NCBI GenBank assembly: GCA_017530725.1
Contig: JAFXMA010000082.1
Span: 7,994 to 71,993, forward strand
DNA: 64,000 bases
Direction of reading: 5' to 3'
Origin: Bacteroidales bacterium
Lineage (GTDB): Bacteria; Bacteroidota; Bacteroidia; Bacteroidales; UBA932
Shown: positions 38,167 to 48,811 of the stretch, piece after piece
Layout of the letters: each line of letters begins with the position of its first letter
How positions within the stretch are numbered: the first letter of the stretch is position 1
Translations under genes and position numbers: made by a program
The notes under the pieces: model-generated
What the model was told of the DNA's origin: nothing
Seen by the model: only the letters and a program-made list of their open reading frames with translations
The model's database searches: none

Positions 38167-39295
38167 AACCATCCTCATCACCGGCGGCGCCGGTTTCATC
38201 GGCAGCCATGTCGTCCGGCTGTTCGTGAACAAATATCCGGACTATCGGATCATCAACCTGGACAAACTCACGTATGCGGGCAATCTCGCGAATCTCAAGG
38301 ACGTCGAGGACAGGCCGAACTACCGGTTCGTCAAGATGGACATCTGCGACTTCGAGGGCGTGCTGGCCCTGATGCAGGAAGAGAAGGTGGACGGCGTGAT
38401 CCACCTCGCCGCGGAATCCCACGTGGACCGCTCCATCAAGGACCCCTTCACCTTCGCCCGCACCAATGTCATCGGCACCCTGTCCATGCTGCAGGCCGCC
38501 AAGGCGTACTGGGAGAGCCTCCCGGAGAAGTACGAGGGCAAGCGTTTCTACCACATCTCCACCGACGAGGTGTACGGTGCCCTGGAGATGACGCACCCGG
38601 AGGGAATCGAACCTCCTTTCTCGACCAAGGCGTCCAGCGGCAATCACCACCTTGCTTACGGCGAGAAGTTCTTCACGGAAGACCTCAAGTATCAGCCGCA
38701 CAGCCCGTACAGCGCCGCGAAGGCGTCCAGCGACCATTTCGTCCGTGCCTTCCATGACACCTACGGGATGCCTGTCATCGTGACCAACTGCTCCAACAAC
38801 TATGGCCCGTACCAGTTCCCGGAGAAACTGATCCCGCTCTTTGTCAACAACATCCGCCACCGCAAGCCGCTGCCCGTGTACGGCAAGGGCGAGAACGTCC
38901 GCGACTGGCTGTACGTGGAGGACCACGCCCGCGCCATCGACCTGATCTTCCATGAGGGGAAGGTCGCCGAGACCTACAACATCGGCGGGTTCAACGAGTG
39001 GAAGAACATCGACATCGTCAAGACCCTCATCCGGGTCACCGACCGCCTCCTGGGCCGTCCGGAAGGAGCCGACGACGACCTCATCACCTATGTGACCGAC
39101 CGCGCCGGCCACGACCTCCGCTACGCCATCGACAGCCGCAAACTCCAGCGGGAACTCGGCTGGGAGCCTTCCCTCCAGTTCGAGGAAGGCATCGAGAAGA
39201 CCATCCGCTGGTACCTGGACAACCAGGAGTGGCTGGACAACGTCACCAGCGGGGATTACCAGAAGTATTACGAGGAGATGTACAAGGGAAGATAA
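38159..39295 (+). CDS. rfbB: dTDP-glucose 4,6-dehydratase
   Basis: ITGGAGFIGS, DKLTYAGN, HLAAESHVDRSI, STDEVYG, PYSAAKASSDH, SNNYGPYQFPEKLIP. Confidence 0.96.
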   Translation: MNRTILITGGAGFIGSHVVRLFVNKYPDYRIINLDKLTYAGNLANLKDVEDRPNYRFVKMDICDFEGVLALMQEEKVDGVIHLAAESHVDRSIKDPFTFARTNVIGTLSMLQAAKAYWESLPEKYEGKRFYHISTDEVYGALEMTHPEGIEPPFSTKASSGNHHLAYGEKFFTEDLKYQPHSPYSAAKASSDHFVRAFHDTYGMPVIVTNCSNNYGPYQFPEKLIPLFVNNIRHRKPLPVYGKGENVRDWLYVEDHARAIDLIFHEGKVAETYNIGGFNEWKNIDIVKTLIRVTDRLLGRPEGADDDLITYVTDRAGHDLRYAIDSRKLQRELGWEPSLQFEEGIEKTIRWYLDNQEWLDNVTSGDYQKYYEEMYKGR

Positions 39296-40728
39296 TGCCT
39301 CGGATCACTACGAATTTCATCTACAACGTCGCCCTGACGTTGTCCACTTACCTGATCAACCTGGTCTTGTTTCCGTACGTGTCCAGGGTCCTGGGAGTGG
39401 ACATGGTGGGCAAGGTGGGGTTCGTGAATGAGACGATCAGTTATTTTTCCCTTTTTGCAATCCTTGGGATTCCGACCGTGGGAATCCGTGAGATTGCCGC
39501 CTGTGGGAATGACCGGGAAAGGAGGTCCCGGGTTTTTTCCAGCCTTTTGGTGCTCCTGGCGGGGCTTACAGCCGTCGTCATGGTCGTTTATTTGGCCGCC
39601 ATCTTTATCGTAAACCGCTTCCAAGCCGATCGGAATCTCTTCATCATCGGTGCTGGCACCTTGCTGTTCACGTCTTTCCTGATCGAGTGGTTTTATCAGG
39701 GCTTGGAAAACTTCCGGTATATCACCATCCGTTCAATTCTCGTGAAACTGGTTTACGCACTTGCGGTTTTCCTGTCCGTCCGTCACCCAGCAGACTATGT
39801 CCGGTATTTCACGCTGACGGTTTTGGCAGTTGTTGTGAATGCGGCCATCAACGTCGGCTATTCCCGTCGCTTCGCGTCGTTTTCCTTTCGTAACTTGGAT
39901 CTCAGGGCCTATTTCAAGCCCTTGTTCTCACTGGGACTGTACAAGGTAATGATATCCATGTATACGACTTTCAATGTGGTGTATCTCGGTTTCGTTTCCA
40001 CCGAAACCGAAGTCGGATATTATTACGCTTCCAAGAAATTATTCTATATCCTTTTAGGGCTCTTCTCTGCTTTTGCGACCGTGATGATGCCTAGGATGAG
40101 TTCGCTGGCGGAAAAAGGGGAAAAGGAACAGTTTCACAGAAAAGTCGGTCAGATGTTCGATTTGGTTTTCGCCATCGCGATACCGATGGTTATCTATCTG
40201 GTCTTGATGGCCTCCAAGATCATCGGGCTAATGTCTGGATTCGGCTATGAAGGTGCGGTCCTTCCCATGCGGATCATTTCGCCTGTACTGCTACTTTCCA
40301 GCATGGCCCAGATCTGGGTCATCCAGATTCTGCTGCCGCTCCGGAAAGACCGGATTATCCTGCTCAGTTCCATCATCGGAGCCGCCACCGGCATACTCGT
40401 CAATATTCTGCTTGTGGGGAAATACGGGGCAGTCGGATCCGCGATCGTGATGCTCTGCTCGGAACTGGCTGGAAACCTGTTAGGCTTCGTCTATTCCATC
40501 CGAAGGGGTTATCTTCATTTTCCTTTGAAGCAGGCCGTCGTATTCTTGCTTGGGGCATTACCTTATATCCTGTGCTGTCTTCCTGGGATATTCATTGATG
40601 GGTGTTTCCCCGCCCTCCTTGTCACCAGTGTACTTTGCCTGCTGTATTTCTTCTTGTTCAACATCGTTTTATACAAGGATTCCAGCATTTCCATGTATAT
40701 CCGGTCCATCCTTTCACGTATCCGATGA
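39295..40728 (+). CDS. wzx: Wzx-type flippase
   Basis: TAATG overlap with rfbB; NFIYN..L..PYVSRVLG..G; WFYQGLENFRYITIRS; many TM segments. Confidence 0.85.
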   Translation: MPRITTNFIYNVALTLSTYLINLVLFPYVSRVLGVDMVGKVGFVNETISYFSLFAILGIPTVGIREIAACGNDRERRSRVFSSLLVLLAGLTAVVMVVYLAAIFIVNRFQADRNLFIIGAGTLLFTSFLIEWFYQGLENFRYITIRSILVKLVYALAVFLSVRHPADYVRYFTLTVLAVVVNAAINVGYSRRFASFSFRNLDLRAYFKPLFSLGLYKVMISMYTTFNVVYLGFVSTETEVGYYYASKKLFYILLGLFSAFATVMMPRMSSLAEKGEKEQFHRKVGQMFDLVFAIAIPMVIYLVLMASKIIGLMSGFGYEGAVLPMRIISPVLLLSSMAQIWVIQILLPLRKDRIILLSSIIGAATGILVNILLVGKYGAVGSAIVMLCSELAGNLLGFVYSIRRGYLHFPLKQAVVFLLGALPYILCCLPGIFIDGCFPALLVTSVLCLLYFFLFNIVLYKDSSISMYIRSILSRIR

Positions 40729-41618
40729 AAATTGCTGCAATTACCATATATTGCAACGAGCGTTTCCGGACTGATGCCTGGAGGAAGTATTACGAGGAGT
40801 ATAAGGACGATCTGTATCTGCATGTCATCGTGAACAACGGAAATTCAGAAGAGACGGAGTATCTGAAAGAACTGTTTCCGGAATCGTTGGTCTTGTACAG
40901 CACGACGCGGAACATGATGGCCTCCTACAACCTCGCACTGCGGCATATCCTGGATGATTATCCGGAAGTCGATGCGGTCGCTCAGATCGTTAATGACATT
41001 CGGCTCTCTTCTGGTGGTTTTTCCACCCTATACAGGTATTTGGAAGACGATCCCAGGCTGGCCATGATTTCACCGGTACTGTTGCGGAAGGACTCGGACC
41101 TCATTGACTGCTATGGTTGCACGATTGATACCAGAACTCTTGATTTTATCCACGAGGATGCTGGTCGCAACTGGAAGGATATTCCGGATGAGTTCCGACA
41201 GGTCAGCGGCCTCCCGGCTGGCGTCTTCCTGGCCCGTCGGTCCATGTATGAACAATTCGGATTCCAGGACGAACAATTGGAGATGTATTCGGACGAGGTG
41301 GACATGGGCATCCGTGTCGCACGTCTGGGATACCTTCTTGGCGCAACCAGTCGGGTCCGGGCGTGGCATCAACACGTCAATCCAGGTGGAAAAGCACAGC
41401 GGAATCCCCGTGCGGGTTTCTTGATGGGCCGGAATCAGGTTTACATTGCCGGAAAATACTATACGAAAGTCAAACAAATGCGAGTGTCCCTTCATATGAT
41501 GGTCCGGGGTCTGGACGAGGTAAGATCGGCCATGATGCACGGAAAAGGCAGTGATTCCTGCCGTTTCGGATGGCAGATGTTTCGGGGCGCTTTCTTCGGT
41601 ATGCGAATGAATTCCTAA
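40725..41618 (+). CDS. Glycosyltransferase, GT2-like
   Basis: VIVNNG, YNLALR, VNDI, G.QDE...YSDEVDMGIR, AWHQH, MGRN. Confidence 0.75.
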   Translation: MKIAAITIYCNERFRTDAWRKYYEEYKDDLYLHVIVNNGNSEETEYLKELFPESLVLYSTTRNMMASYNLALRHILDDYPEVDAVAQIVNDIRLSSGGFSTLYRYLEDDPRLAMISPVLLRKDSDLIDCYGCTIDTRTLDFIHEDAGRNWKDIPDEFRQVSGLPAGVFLARRSMYEQFGFQDEQLEMYSDEVDMGIRVARLGYLLGATSRVRAWHQHVNPGGKAQRNPRAGFLMGRNQVYIAGKYYTKVKQMRVSLHMMVRGLDEVRSAMMHGKGSDSCRFGWQMFRGAFFGMRMNS

Positions 41619-41621
41619 TCG

Positions 41622-42869
41622 ATGAAAATCCGCTATCAAAAGAAATACCGTTCTCATGTCGTTGTCGACCTCGTGTTGATGATGCTCGTGGCATCGCATT
41701 GCTTCTGGCTTGTCCCCCTCCGGTTCTTTTTCGAAGGTGATTCCTATTTCTTCACCTACCTGATCCTCCTGGCAGTCATATATATCCGAAACATGGGATT
41801 CGAGGTCCGTTACGGCATTGCAAAGTCGATGATGCCCCTGGCATGGATGCTTGTCGGGGTTTTAATCTCTTTCATCCCTGCATACCGGTATTATGGGCAG
41901 CACCTTTATTATTCGTTCATAGTCTACCGTCCCTTCTTCGGCTATGCCGCCTTGCCGCTCCTCCTGTCCATCCGGCCGTCGCATTTGGAATTCAAACGGA
42001 GCCTTTATGCATTCTCGATGTTGTATACCATCGTGATGGTCTATGCATCCTTCATTAATCAAGATATCATTATCTTCGATGAAACGCGAGACTTTATCGA
42101 GTATGGGGATTTCGTCCATATGCTGGAAGGGTGCCAGTTCCTTCCAATCGCCTTCATCTATTCTCTGAATGACTTGAGGACCAGTAAGATAACTATCAAG
42201 AATGTTCTTATAGCCGTCGGCTTGTTCGGCCTGCTATTCATCCTTCAAAATCGGACAATCATCCTTGCCTCCGTCCTGCTTGCCCTTCAGGCCGCCCTCT
42301 CCAACAAATCGGCCAGCAAGCGGCTGACTACGGAAGTCCTCATCGGAATGATTATCCTCGCTGGCGGTATCCTTGTCTATCGGTACATCAATGGCCTGAT
42401 TACCCAAACGATGGACGAGTTGTCGAATCCGGAGTATAACCGGATCAAAGCATTCAACTATTTCGTGTCCGGGGTGAATGGAAAGATGTCCTATATCTGG
42501 GGGAATGGGTTCATCTCCGGAAATGTGAATAACTTGATGGAAATGCTCCGGAAAGAAGGTATCTTCCATTCGGACCTCGGCCTGATCGGCTTCTGGAACC
42601 AATTCGGCATCCTGGCTGTCGGAGTCATCATTACGCTGGTCATCAGAGGCTTGTCAAGGATGCGTTCTTTCCTGGTTCGAGGGAATGCCCTCTATATCCT
42701 GGTTGGCTCTATGACCATATCCTATTTCCTGCAGTTCGGTTTCAGCCTTTGGCTGTGCTTTTTCATGTATTTGTTCGCAACAGACCAGGAATACAAGGAG
42801 GCTAAGGCAAAGCATGACGCGGAGATAGTCCAGCGTGCTATCAGGCATTATCGATCCCTGACATCCTGA
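41622..42869 (+). CDS. Multi-pass membrane protein, probable Wzy polymerase
   Basis: About 10 TM segments, QNRT motif, periplasmic loop with WGNG..SDLGLIGFW.QFG; position within the locus. Confidence 0.65.
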   Translation: MKIRYQKKYRSHVVVDLVLMMLVASHCFWLVPLRFFFEGDSYFFTYLILLAVIYIRNMGFEVRYGIAKSMMPLAWMLVGVLISFIPAYRYYGQHLYYSFIVYRPFFGYAALPLLLSIRPSHLEFKRSLYAFSMLYTIVMVYASFINQDIIIFDETRDFIEYGDFVHMLEGCQFLPIAFIYSLNDLRTSKITIKNVLIAVGLFGLLFILQNRTIILASVLLALQAALSNKSASKRLTTEVLIGMIILAGGILVYRYINGLITQTMDELSNPEYNRIKAFNYFVSGVNGKMSYIWGNGFISGNVNNLMEMLRKEGIFHSDLGLIGFWNQFGILAVGVIITLVIRGLSRMRSFLVRGNALYILVGSMTISYFLQFGFSLWLCFFMYLFATDQEYKEAKAKHDAEIVQRAIRHYRSLTS

Positions 42870-44362
42870 TGCGAAGAGTTTTATCCATCCTCACCAGTTT
42901 CCTGCTGCTGTCCGTATTCCATGCAGTGGCAGAACCTGTCCGGATCCGCTCCCAGGAAGAGTTCGACAGTTTGGGCGAAAGGATCATTTCGCGACTTCAG
43001 ATGGAGGACAGTGTCCATGTAAGGCTGGACCCCGGCTTGTATTTCTTCAGGGAACATCACCTGGCCTTGGACAGTCTTTCTTTTCCCGGAGTCTCCATCA
43101 CCGTATCCGGCGCCGGTGCCGTTCTCGTAGGTCGGGGTAACCCCACGCAGACGCCTGCGTTCGGCCAGGGATTCGTAGATTTGGATAATCAGATCGCTAT
43201 CGATGCTTTGGCTCCCGTGAGAAAAGCCGGTTTATGGCCAGTTCGCGTGCCATTCCGGAAGGCCCTTTATGTCCTTCGCTGCAAGGGGATTCCCGATGTG
43301 TCTGAGTCCGAAGCGACCGGGATGAGGATCGTCCTGTCCCAATGGTTCGTTGGGGCCGTCTATGATGTTGTCAAGATTTCAAGGGGCTGGATCTTTTTCC
43401 GAAGAGTGCCATACCGGACCCGGATTTGGTCAGAACTGCGGTTCGGCCGCTGTCTTCCCCGGTTTATGTTGTTCTCGCCGCGGAAAACAGAGTCAGCCTA
43501 TCCTTGCGCATCCTCGAATTTCCTGTCCGTGGAAAACAGCCGTATCGGCAGTATCGTGCTGGAGGGTATTCATTTCTTGGGTAATGGGGAAGGGGACCGG
43601 CTGATTCGTTTCAGCGGAGTTAATGCAGATTCCGTTGTCATCCGTGACTGCTCTTTCGAGGGAATCCGTTCCAGGGGCATCCTGGTGGAACGGACGGACC
43701 GTTTCCGATTGAAGGGGAATGTATTCAGAAAATGTGCCTTGAACCAGGTATTTGTGGACAAGACGGCCGATGATGCTCGGATCGAAGGGAACCGGTTCTT
43801 GGAGAATGGACTTCTGATGACCAATGATCCCGTCGTGGATTGCAAAGGGAGCCACTTCCTGGTTCGTAACAACTATTTCGAAGATTTCTCCTATTCTGCC
43901 ATCGGCGCGGGGCTCCATTTCACGGACACGGCCGGACTGGTGACGTCCGGGGTCATCGAGCAGAACGAAATCTGCATGTCGGAGGGCTGTCGGCAGGCAC
44001 CGATGCGGTCTCTGATTGATGGCGGCGCCATCTACGTTTGGACGCAGAACAAGGACCTCATCATCCGAGAGAACTATATCCACGATATTGCCGGTCCGCA
44101 CGGCAACCGCGGTATCTTCGGGGATGACGGTGTCGTGAACTTGACGATTATCGGCAATACTGTCCTGCGTGTCCGAGGCAGTTATGCCATCGATGTGAGG
44201 CGAGTCCACCGGATTGGCCGTCGCAAGGATTCCGCCATCCGGCTGGTCAATGTCGGCATCGTCATCAAGGACAACATCTATGACGGACGTGTTCGGATCC
44301 ACGTGCGGAAGGACGATCCTGACAGTTATTTCGGTGAAAACACGGATCAAGATGAAATCTGA
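42869..44362 (+). CDS. Secreted right-handed beta-helix protein (paralog A)
   Basis: Signal peptide; beta-helix repeats (I..N.F); DGGAIYVWTQN..NYIHDI.G...NRGIFGDDG. Confidence 0.65.
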   Translation: MRRVLSILTSFLLLSVFHAVAEPVRIRSQEEFDSLGERIISRLQMEDSVHVRLDPGLYFFREHHLALDSLSFPGVSITVSGAGAVLVGRGNPTQTPAFGQGFVDLDNQIAIDALAPVRKAGLWPVRVPFRKALYVLRCKGIPDVSESEATGMRIVLSQWFVGAVYDVVKISRGWIFFRRVPYRTRIWSELRFGRCLPRFMLFSPRKTESAYPCASSNFLSVENSRIGSIVLEGIHFLGNGEGDRLIRFSGVNADSVVIRDCSFEGIRSRGILVERTDRFRLKGNVFRKCALNQVFVDKTADDARIEGNRFLENGLLMTNDPVVDCKGSHFLVRNNYFEDFSYSAIGAGLHFTDTAGLVTSGVIEQNEICMSEGCRQAPMRSLIDGGAIYVWTQNKDLIIRENYIHDIAGPHGNRGIFGDDGVVNLTIIGNTVLRVRGSYAIDVRRVHRIGRRKDSAIRLVNVGIVIKDNIYDGRVRIHVRKDDPDSYFGENTDQDEI

Positions 44363-45443
44363 TTATCTGGCTCATGTCAGCGGACTGAAAGGAATGGGCG
44401 CACTGATCGTGTTCATCTATCATTTCTTTTACTGCTTCTATCCGCTGTTCATCCCGGCAGGGATGCAGTCGGCGGCCGTCGAGCATGTTCCTGGCGTCAA
44501 CTTGCTTATAAACGGTAATTTCGCCGTTTGCCTGTTCCTTCTTCTGAGTGGTTATCTCATGGCCAGGAATGCGCAACAGTATGGCGGCCTGGATGATTTT
44601 GGCTTGGCCATTGTCCGCCGTTACCTTCGCTTGATGATACCCCTGGCCGTTGCGGCCACCCTGTCGTACGTGTTGTGCATTGTGGGGGCATATCGGATCC
44701 ACGCTGTTTCGGTTGAACTTGGCAATGAGTTGACTTCCAATTATTTCAATCATGTTTCTTTCCATCATCTTCTTATTTCGTACGGGTGGGCGCCTTTTGG
44801 GTACCATGTGCTCGTGGGACCGTTTTGGATGATGGGATTCATTCTTCTGGGATCCTTCCTGGTGATGGCGATGACCATAGTCATCCGCCGGCAGCGACCG
44901 GTTATCCAGATGCTGACGGTCTTGTTCGGAGTCGTCATTGCTTTGTATCTTGAAGCATATTATGCCTGTGTCCTGGCCGGTATGTTGCTGTTCCTGATCG
45001 GGAGGCAGCGCGTCTCTGTGCCAAGGACAGTCAGGATTCCGGTCGTGCTAATCCTATTAGCCGCAACCTGTTGGCTAGCAGCGGATCAGGAAGGCGTATT
45101 CTACTATGACAGGTACAAGAACATGCTGGCCGTTTTCTTTTTCGTATCTGCCGTCCTTATTTCCAAACCGCTGACCGCGTTCTTTGGTTCCCGTCCCCTG
45201 GATGCACTTGGAAAACTCTCCCTGGGCGTTTTCATCTTCCATTGGCCCGTCATTTGCTCCCTGTCCTGCTGGCTTTTCCTCAACTGGCCGATTCGTAGCC
45301 AATGGCTCCTGCTGGGTGTCATTTTTGTGGTTTCCCTAGCAATATCATTACTGCTCGCCCATCTGTACAACCGGTATTTGGCTCCCCGGGCCGCCGTCCT
45401 GCAGAAATGGATTATCGACTTTTTGTACCGATGCGCGTCTTGA
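44352..45443 (+). CDS. Acyltransferase-3 (OafA-like) membrane O-acyltransferase
   Basis: GLKG..ALIVFIYH, AVCLFLLLSGY, RRYLRL.IP, LGKLSLGVFIFHWP. Confidence 0.85.
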   Translation: MKSDYLAHVSGLKGMGALIVFIYHFFYCFYPLFIPAGMQSAAVEHVPGVNLLINGNFAVCLFLLLSGYLMARNAQQYGGLDDFGLAIVRRYLRLMIPLAVAATLSYVLCIVGAYRIHAVSVELGNELTSNYFNHVSFHHLLISYGWAPFGYHVLVGPFWMMGFILLGSFLVMAMTIVIRRQRPVIQMLTVLFGVVIALYLEAYYACVLAGMLLFLIGRQRVSVPRTVRIPVVLILLAATCWLAADQEGVFYYDRYKNMLAVFFFVSAVLISKPLTAFFGSRPLDALGKLSLGVFIFHWPVICSLSCWLFLNWPIRSQWLLLGVIFVVSLAISLLLAHLYNRYLAPRAAVLQKWIIDFLYRCAS

Positions 45444-46558
45444 TTGTCACCTATAACTACCTGTCCGGTTACGGGGGAGGCGCCTATGGGGCCAGGGCTT
45501 ATATCAATGCTTTTGCGGCCTTGTATGACGATGTCACGCTCTTGTATCCTGCCCGATTCGGAGGAGAACCCATTTCCGACATCGATTCACGGATCCGAGG
45601 AATCGAGGTAGTGGACCATTCGTCCAAGTTGTCCAAGGCCTTTCGGCTGTTTGTCAGGGGAATCCCGCACCGGTTTGAGAAGCCGTTCCGGGAACTGTTG
45701 AATAAGGAACGGTTCGATCTTGTTGTCTTCCAGAACAGCAAGTGCTCGACTGGGCTCATTGAGCGGGTTCACAAGGCAGGAGCCCGCGTCGTCGTGCAGC
45801 ACGACAATTTCGAAGAGGAGTATACGCGGGATAACACAGCGCCCTGGATGCGCCCCTTCCTCCTCCCTCCCGTGATCCGGACCGAACGCAAAGCAGTCCG
45901 AGAGGCGGATATCAATCTGGCCCTGACCCCTGCGGATGCCGACATATTGCTCCGCCGCTACGGAAAGGGAATGAAAGGTCGGATGGAACTGTTATATACC
46001 TTCGAGTACCGTCCATTGCCAGATCGTGTTCCGAATGCGGTTTTGCGCCCTGTCTTCGTCATTACTGGCAATTTGGGCGCCCAGCAGACCCGGGACTCAC
46101 TTTTCCCATGGCTGAAGGAGTATTATCCGCTCTTGATGCGGGAAGTTCCGGATGCTGAACTGATTGTCGCGGGCAAAGACGCGGGGGAGGACCTTCGCCA
46201 ATGCCTGGACCGGCTGGGCGTCGAACTGGTGGACACGCCGCCGGATATGTCCGTAGTGCTGGACAGGGCTCGCTATTACATCTGCCCCGTCAATCGTGGA
46301 GGCGGGGTAAAGTTGCGTGTCATGGACGGTCTTAGGACCGGGATGCCGGCCTTGGTTCATCGTGTGTCGGCTCGGGGGTATGAATCCTTGGATGGCCTCT
46401 CTGTTTTCACTTATGATAGCCCCGATTCTTTCGTAGAGGCTGTCTGGTCGATGATGACCAGCCCAGAAACGGCCGAGCACCGTCAAGCGGCTTACCGGTC
46501 CCATTTCGCTTTCGAATCCGGTGTTGAGCACTTGCGCAAGATCATGGCAAAGATATGA
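45431..46558 (+). CDS. Glycosyltransferase, GT4-like
   Basis: MRVLIV..GGG; C-terminal ICPV..GGGVKLRVMDGL..G.P. Confidence 0.8.
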   Translation: MRVLIVTYNYLSGYGGGAYGARAYINAFAALYDDVTLLYPARFGGEPISDIDSRIRGIEVVDHSSKLSKAFRLFVRGIPHRFEKPFRELLNKERFDLVVFQNSKCSTGLIERVHKAGARVVVQHDNFEEEYTRDNTAPWMRPFLLPPVIRTERKAVREADINLALTPADADILLRRYGKGMKGRMELLYTFEYRPLPDRVPNAVLRPVFVITGNLGAQQTRDSLFPWLKEYYPLLMREVPDAELIVAGKDAGEDLRQCLDRLGVELVDTPPDMSVVLDRARYYICPVNRGGGVKLRVMDGLRTGMPALVHRVSARGYESLDGLSVFTYDSPDSFVEAVWSMMTSPETAEHRQAAYRSHFAFESGVEHLRKIMAKI

Positions 46559-47445
46559 ACAACACACCTGTAGTCCTCCTGGCATACAATCGTCCCCAAG
46601 CGCTTCGGCGGACGCTGGCGGCGCTGGCAGCAGATGACCTGGCCGCCAGGACCGACCTTTTCATCCGGATTGACGGCCCGAAAACGGAATCCGACACCGA
46701 GAAAGTGAAGGCGGTCCGGGAAGTGGCGCTCGCTGTGCAGGGATTCCGCAGTGTGGACGTCTACTGGGAAACGGAGAACCGGGGTCTGGCATCCTCCGTC
46801 ATCGCTGGTGTAGAGCATGTGTTGGGAATCTCCGATACGGTCATTGTACTGGAGGATGATTTGGTGACACATCCCGGTTTCCTGTCTTTCCTGAATGCAG
46901 GCCTGGAGAAATATGCCGGTGTTCCGGAGGTCTTCTCCGTCTGTGGTTACTCCAACCGTGTTCGGATGCCTTCCGGGTATGGATTTGACGCTTATTTCTG
47001 CCCCCGCAGTTCATCCTGGGGGTGGGCGACCTGGCGGAACCGCTGGCAGTCCGTGGACTGGAATCCGACACCCACCTCATTGCAGAAGAATACGTTTGCG
47101 TTCAACCGCTGGGGTGGTTCCGACTGTGCCCGGATGCTGCGGGACTGGATGGAGGGAAGGAACAGTTCCTGGGCCATTCGCTTCTGTTACACCCAGTTCC
47201 TGCAGGGAAAAGTCTCCCTGTTTCCGACGGAGTCCCTGGTCGATCCTTCCGCCGGCTTTGACGGAGACGGCACCCATTGCAAGTCCTACAATCGTTTCCG
47301 TTTCCGGATGGCACCCGCGGAGCAGCGCACTTTCAAGTTGCCCGGCGGAGTGGAGGTCATTCCTTCCGTCCGGCGCGACGCATTGCATTATCACAGTCTG
47401 CCCCTCCGGGCATGGACCCGCTTCATGAACTTGTTCTATGCTTAG
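46555..47445 (+). CDS. Glycosyltransferase, GT-A fold
   Basis: PVVLLAYNRP, IDGPK, NRGLA.SVI.GV, IVLEDDL, SSWGWATW, SWAIR. Confidence 0.85.
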   Translation: MNNTPVVLLAYNRPQALRRTLAALAADDLAARTDLFIRIDGPKTESDTEKVKAVREVALAVQGFRSVDVYWETENRGLASSVIAGVEHVLGISDTVIVLEDDLVTHPGFLSFLNAGLEKYAGVPEVFSVCGYSNRVRMPSGYGFDAYFCPRSSSWGWATWRNRWQSVDWNPTPTSLQKNTFAFNRWGGSDCARMLRDWMEGRNSSWAIRFCYTQFLQGKVSLFPTESLVDPSAGFDGDGTHCKSYNRFRFRMAPAEQRTFKLPGGVEVIPSVRRDALHYHSLPLRAWTRFMNLFYA

Positions 47446-48811
47446 TCTCCTGGTTTCCCTGGTTACTATCCTGGTTTCTTCCCAGGCCGATTTCGACCGG
47501 CTTCAGCAAGATGTCCATCGGGAACTTCTCCGCAAGCCAGCGGAGTTGAAAGTGTCTTTCCGACCCGGAACTTACCAATTCAGACACAATCACTTATACT
47601 TGACCCGTGAGGAAGACTGCCCGGATACTCGGCTTGTCATTGAAGGGAATGGAGCCGTGCTTGCCGGCCAGGCCCCCGATGTCAGGGTGTCTCCCTTCTA
47701 TCGGGCAGACCGTCTGGTTGAAGTCGTTGACGCCGAAAATAAGATCTGCCGGATCCGGACCCGGAAGCGGTTGGATGGGCAAGGGCGGCTATTTGTCCAG
47801 GTTTCCTCATGGTTCCGTCTATTTACGGGGGAGGTGACGGAAATCAAGGGCCGATATCTGTATTTTACGGTGGACGGATTGGCCCGGTCCGGTTTGAACT
47901 ACAACATCAACGGCGATTTTACGTATGGCCGGCAGCGGCCCCGATTCCGATTGATGCGGGTGCAGGAGCCGGACCGTGCGTCTTCCACGTCCGTCTTCAA
48001 TTTTACTGCCTGCCGTTTCCGGGAGGTGGACATTTCCGGTTTTACTTTCGACGGGAATGCCGGCCTCCGGATGACGGATCCGGACAATTTCCTGATCCGT
48101 TTCTATTCCTGCGAGTTGGGAGAGGCGACAGTTCATGACTGCACCTTCCGGTCCATCCGGAGCGATGTCCTGCGCATCGCCTATACGCGCGGTGTGGAAG
48201 TTCGGGGCTGCCGGTTCGAGGATGGCAACCGGATTGGGGTCCTGTCATACAACCATTCCGCTGGAACGCGCGTCGTGGACAATGTCTTCGAGCGGATGGG
48301 GCTGGATCCGGAAGCAGAGGTCACGCCCTGCGTCAAGGTCGAGGGAACCGATTATTTGGTGTCCGGGAATCGGTTCGTCGATTACGGCTGCTGCGCCATC
48401 ATGGCCGGCCTTCATTTTACGGCGCCGATGAAGTATCCTGCGTCCGGAATCATCGAACGGAACGAGATCTTCCAGACGGATTCCTACCGGAAAGAGGCTC
48501 CGCAGAATCTCCTGATGGATACCGGCGCCATCTATGTCTATACACAAAACGCTTCCCTGGAGATCCGAAACAACGATATCCACGACATCTCCGGCCCTTA
48601 TGACAACCGGGGCATCTTCTGTGACGACGGAACGGTCAATACGTATATCCATGACAACCGAGTGACGGGCATCGCGAATTCTTATGACATCGACCTTCGC
48701 CGCGTACTTTCGGTGGAAACCCGTCCGGACAGCCAGATCCGGCGCGTCAATGTAGGAAATCGGATAGAAAAAAACCAGGTAGATGGAAAAATCCGCTTTG
48801 AGCGGCGCTAA
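47438..48811 (+). CDS. Secreted right-handed beta-helix protein (paralog B)
   Basis: Hydrophobic N-terminus, SQADFD, PGTY.F...HL.L, DTGAIYVYTQN..IHDI.G...NRGIFCDDG; paralog of 42869..44362. Confidence 0.65.
   Translation: MLSLLVSLVTILVSSQADFDRLQQDVHRELLRKPAELKVSFRPGTYQFRHNHLYLTREEDCPDTRLVIEGNGAVLAGQAPDVRVSPFYRADRLVEVVDAENKICRIRTRKRLDGQGRLFVQVSSWFRLFTGEVTEIKGRYLYFTVDGLARSGLNYNINGDFTYGRQRPRFRLMRVQEPDRASSTSVFNFTACRFREVDISGFTFDGNAGLRMTDPDNFLIRFYSCELGEATVHDCTFRSIRSDVLRIAYTRGVEVRGCRFEDGNRIGVLSYNHSAGTRVVDNVFERMGLDPEAEVTPCVKVEGTDYLVSGNRFVDYGCCAIMAGLHFTAPMKYPASGIIERNEIFQTDSYRKEAPQNLLMDTGAIYVYTQNASLEIRNNDIHDISGPYDNRGIFCDDGTVNTYIHDNRVTGIANSYDIDLRRVLSVETRPDSQIRRVNVGNRIEKNQVDGKIRFERR

Noticed and set aside
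38580-38680. Extra segment in RfbB (LEMTHPEGIEPPFSTKASSGNHHLAYG)
   Set aside because: From memory, Bacteroidales RfbB proteins commonly carry this insertion; its codon usage is normal and there is no palindrome.
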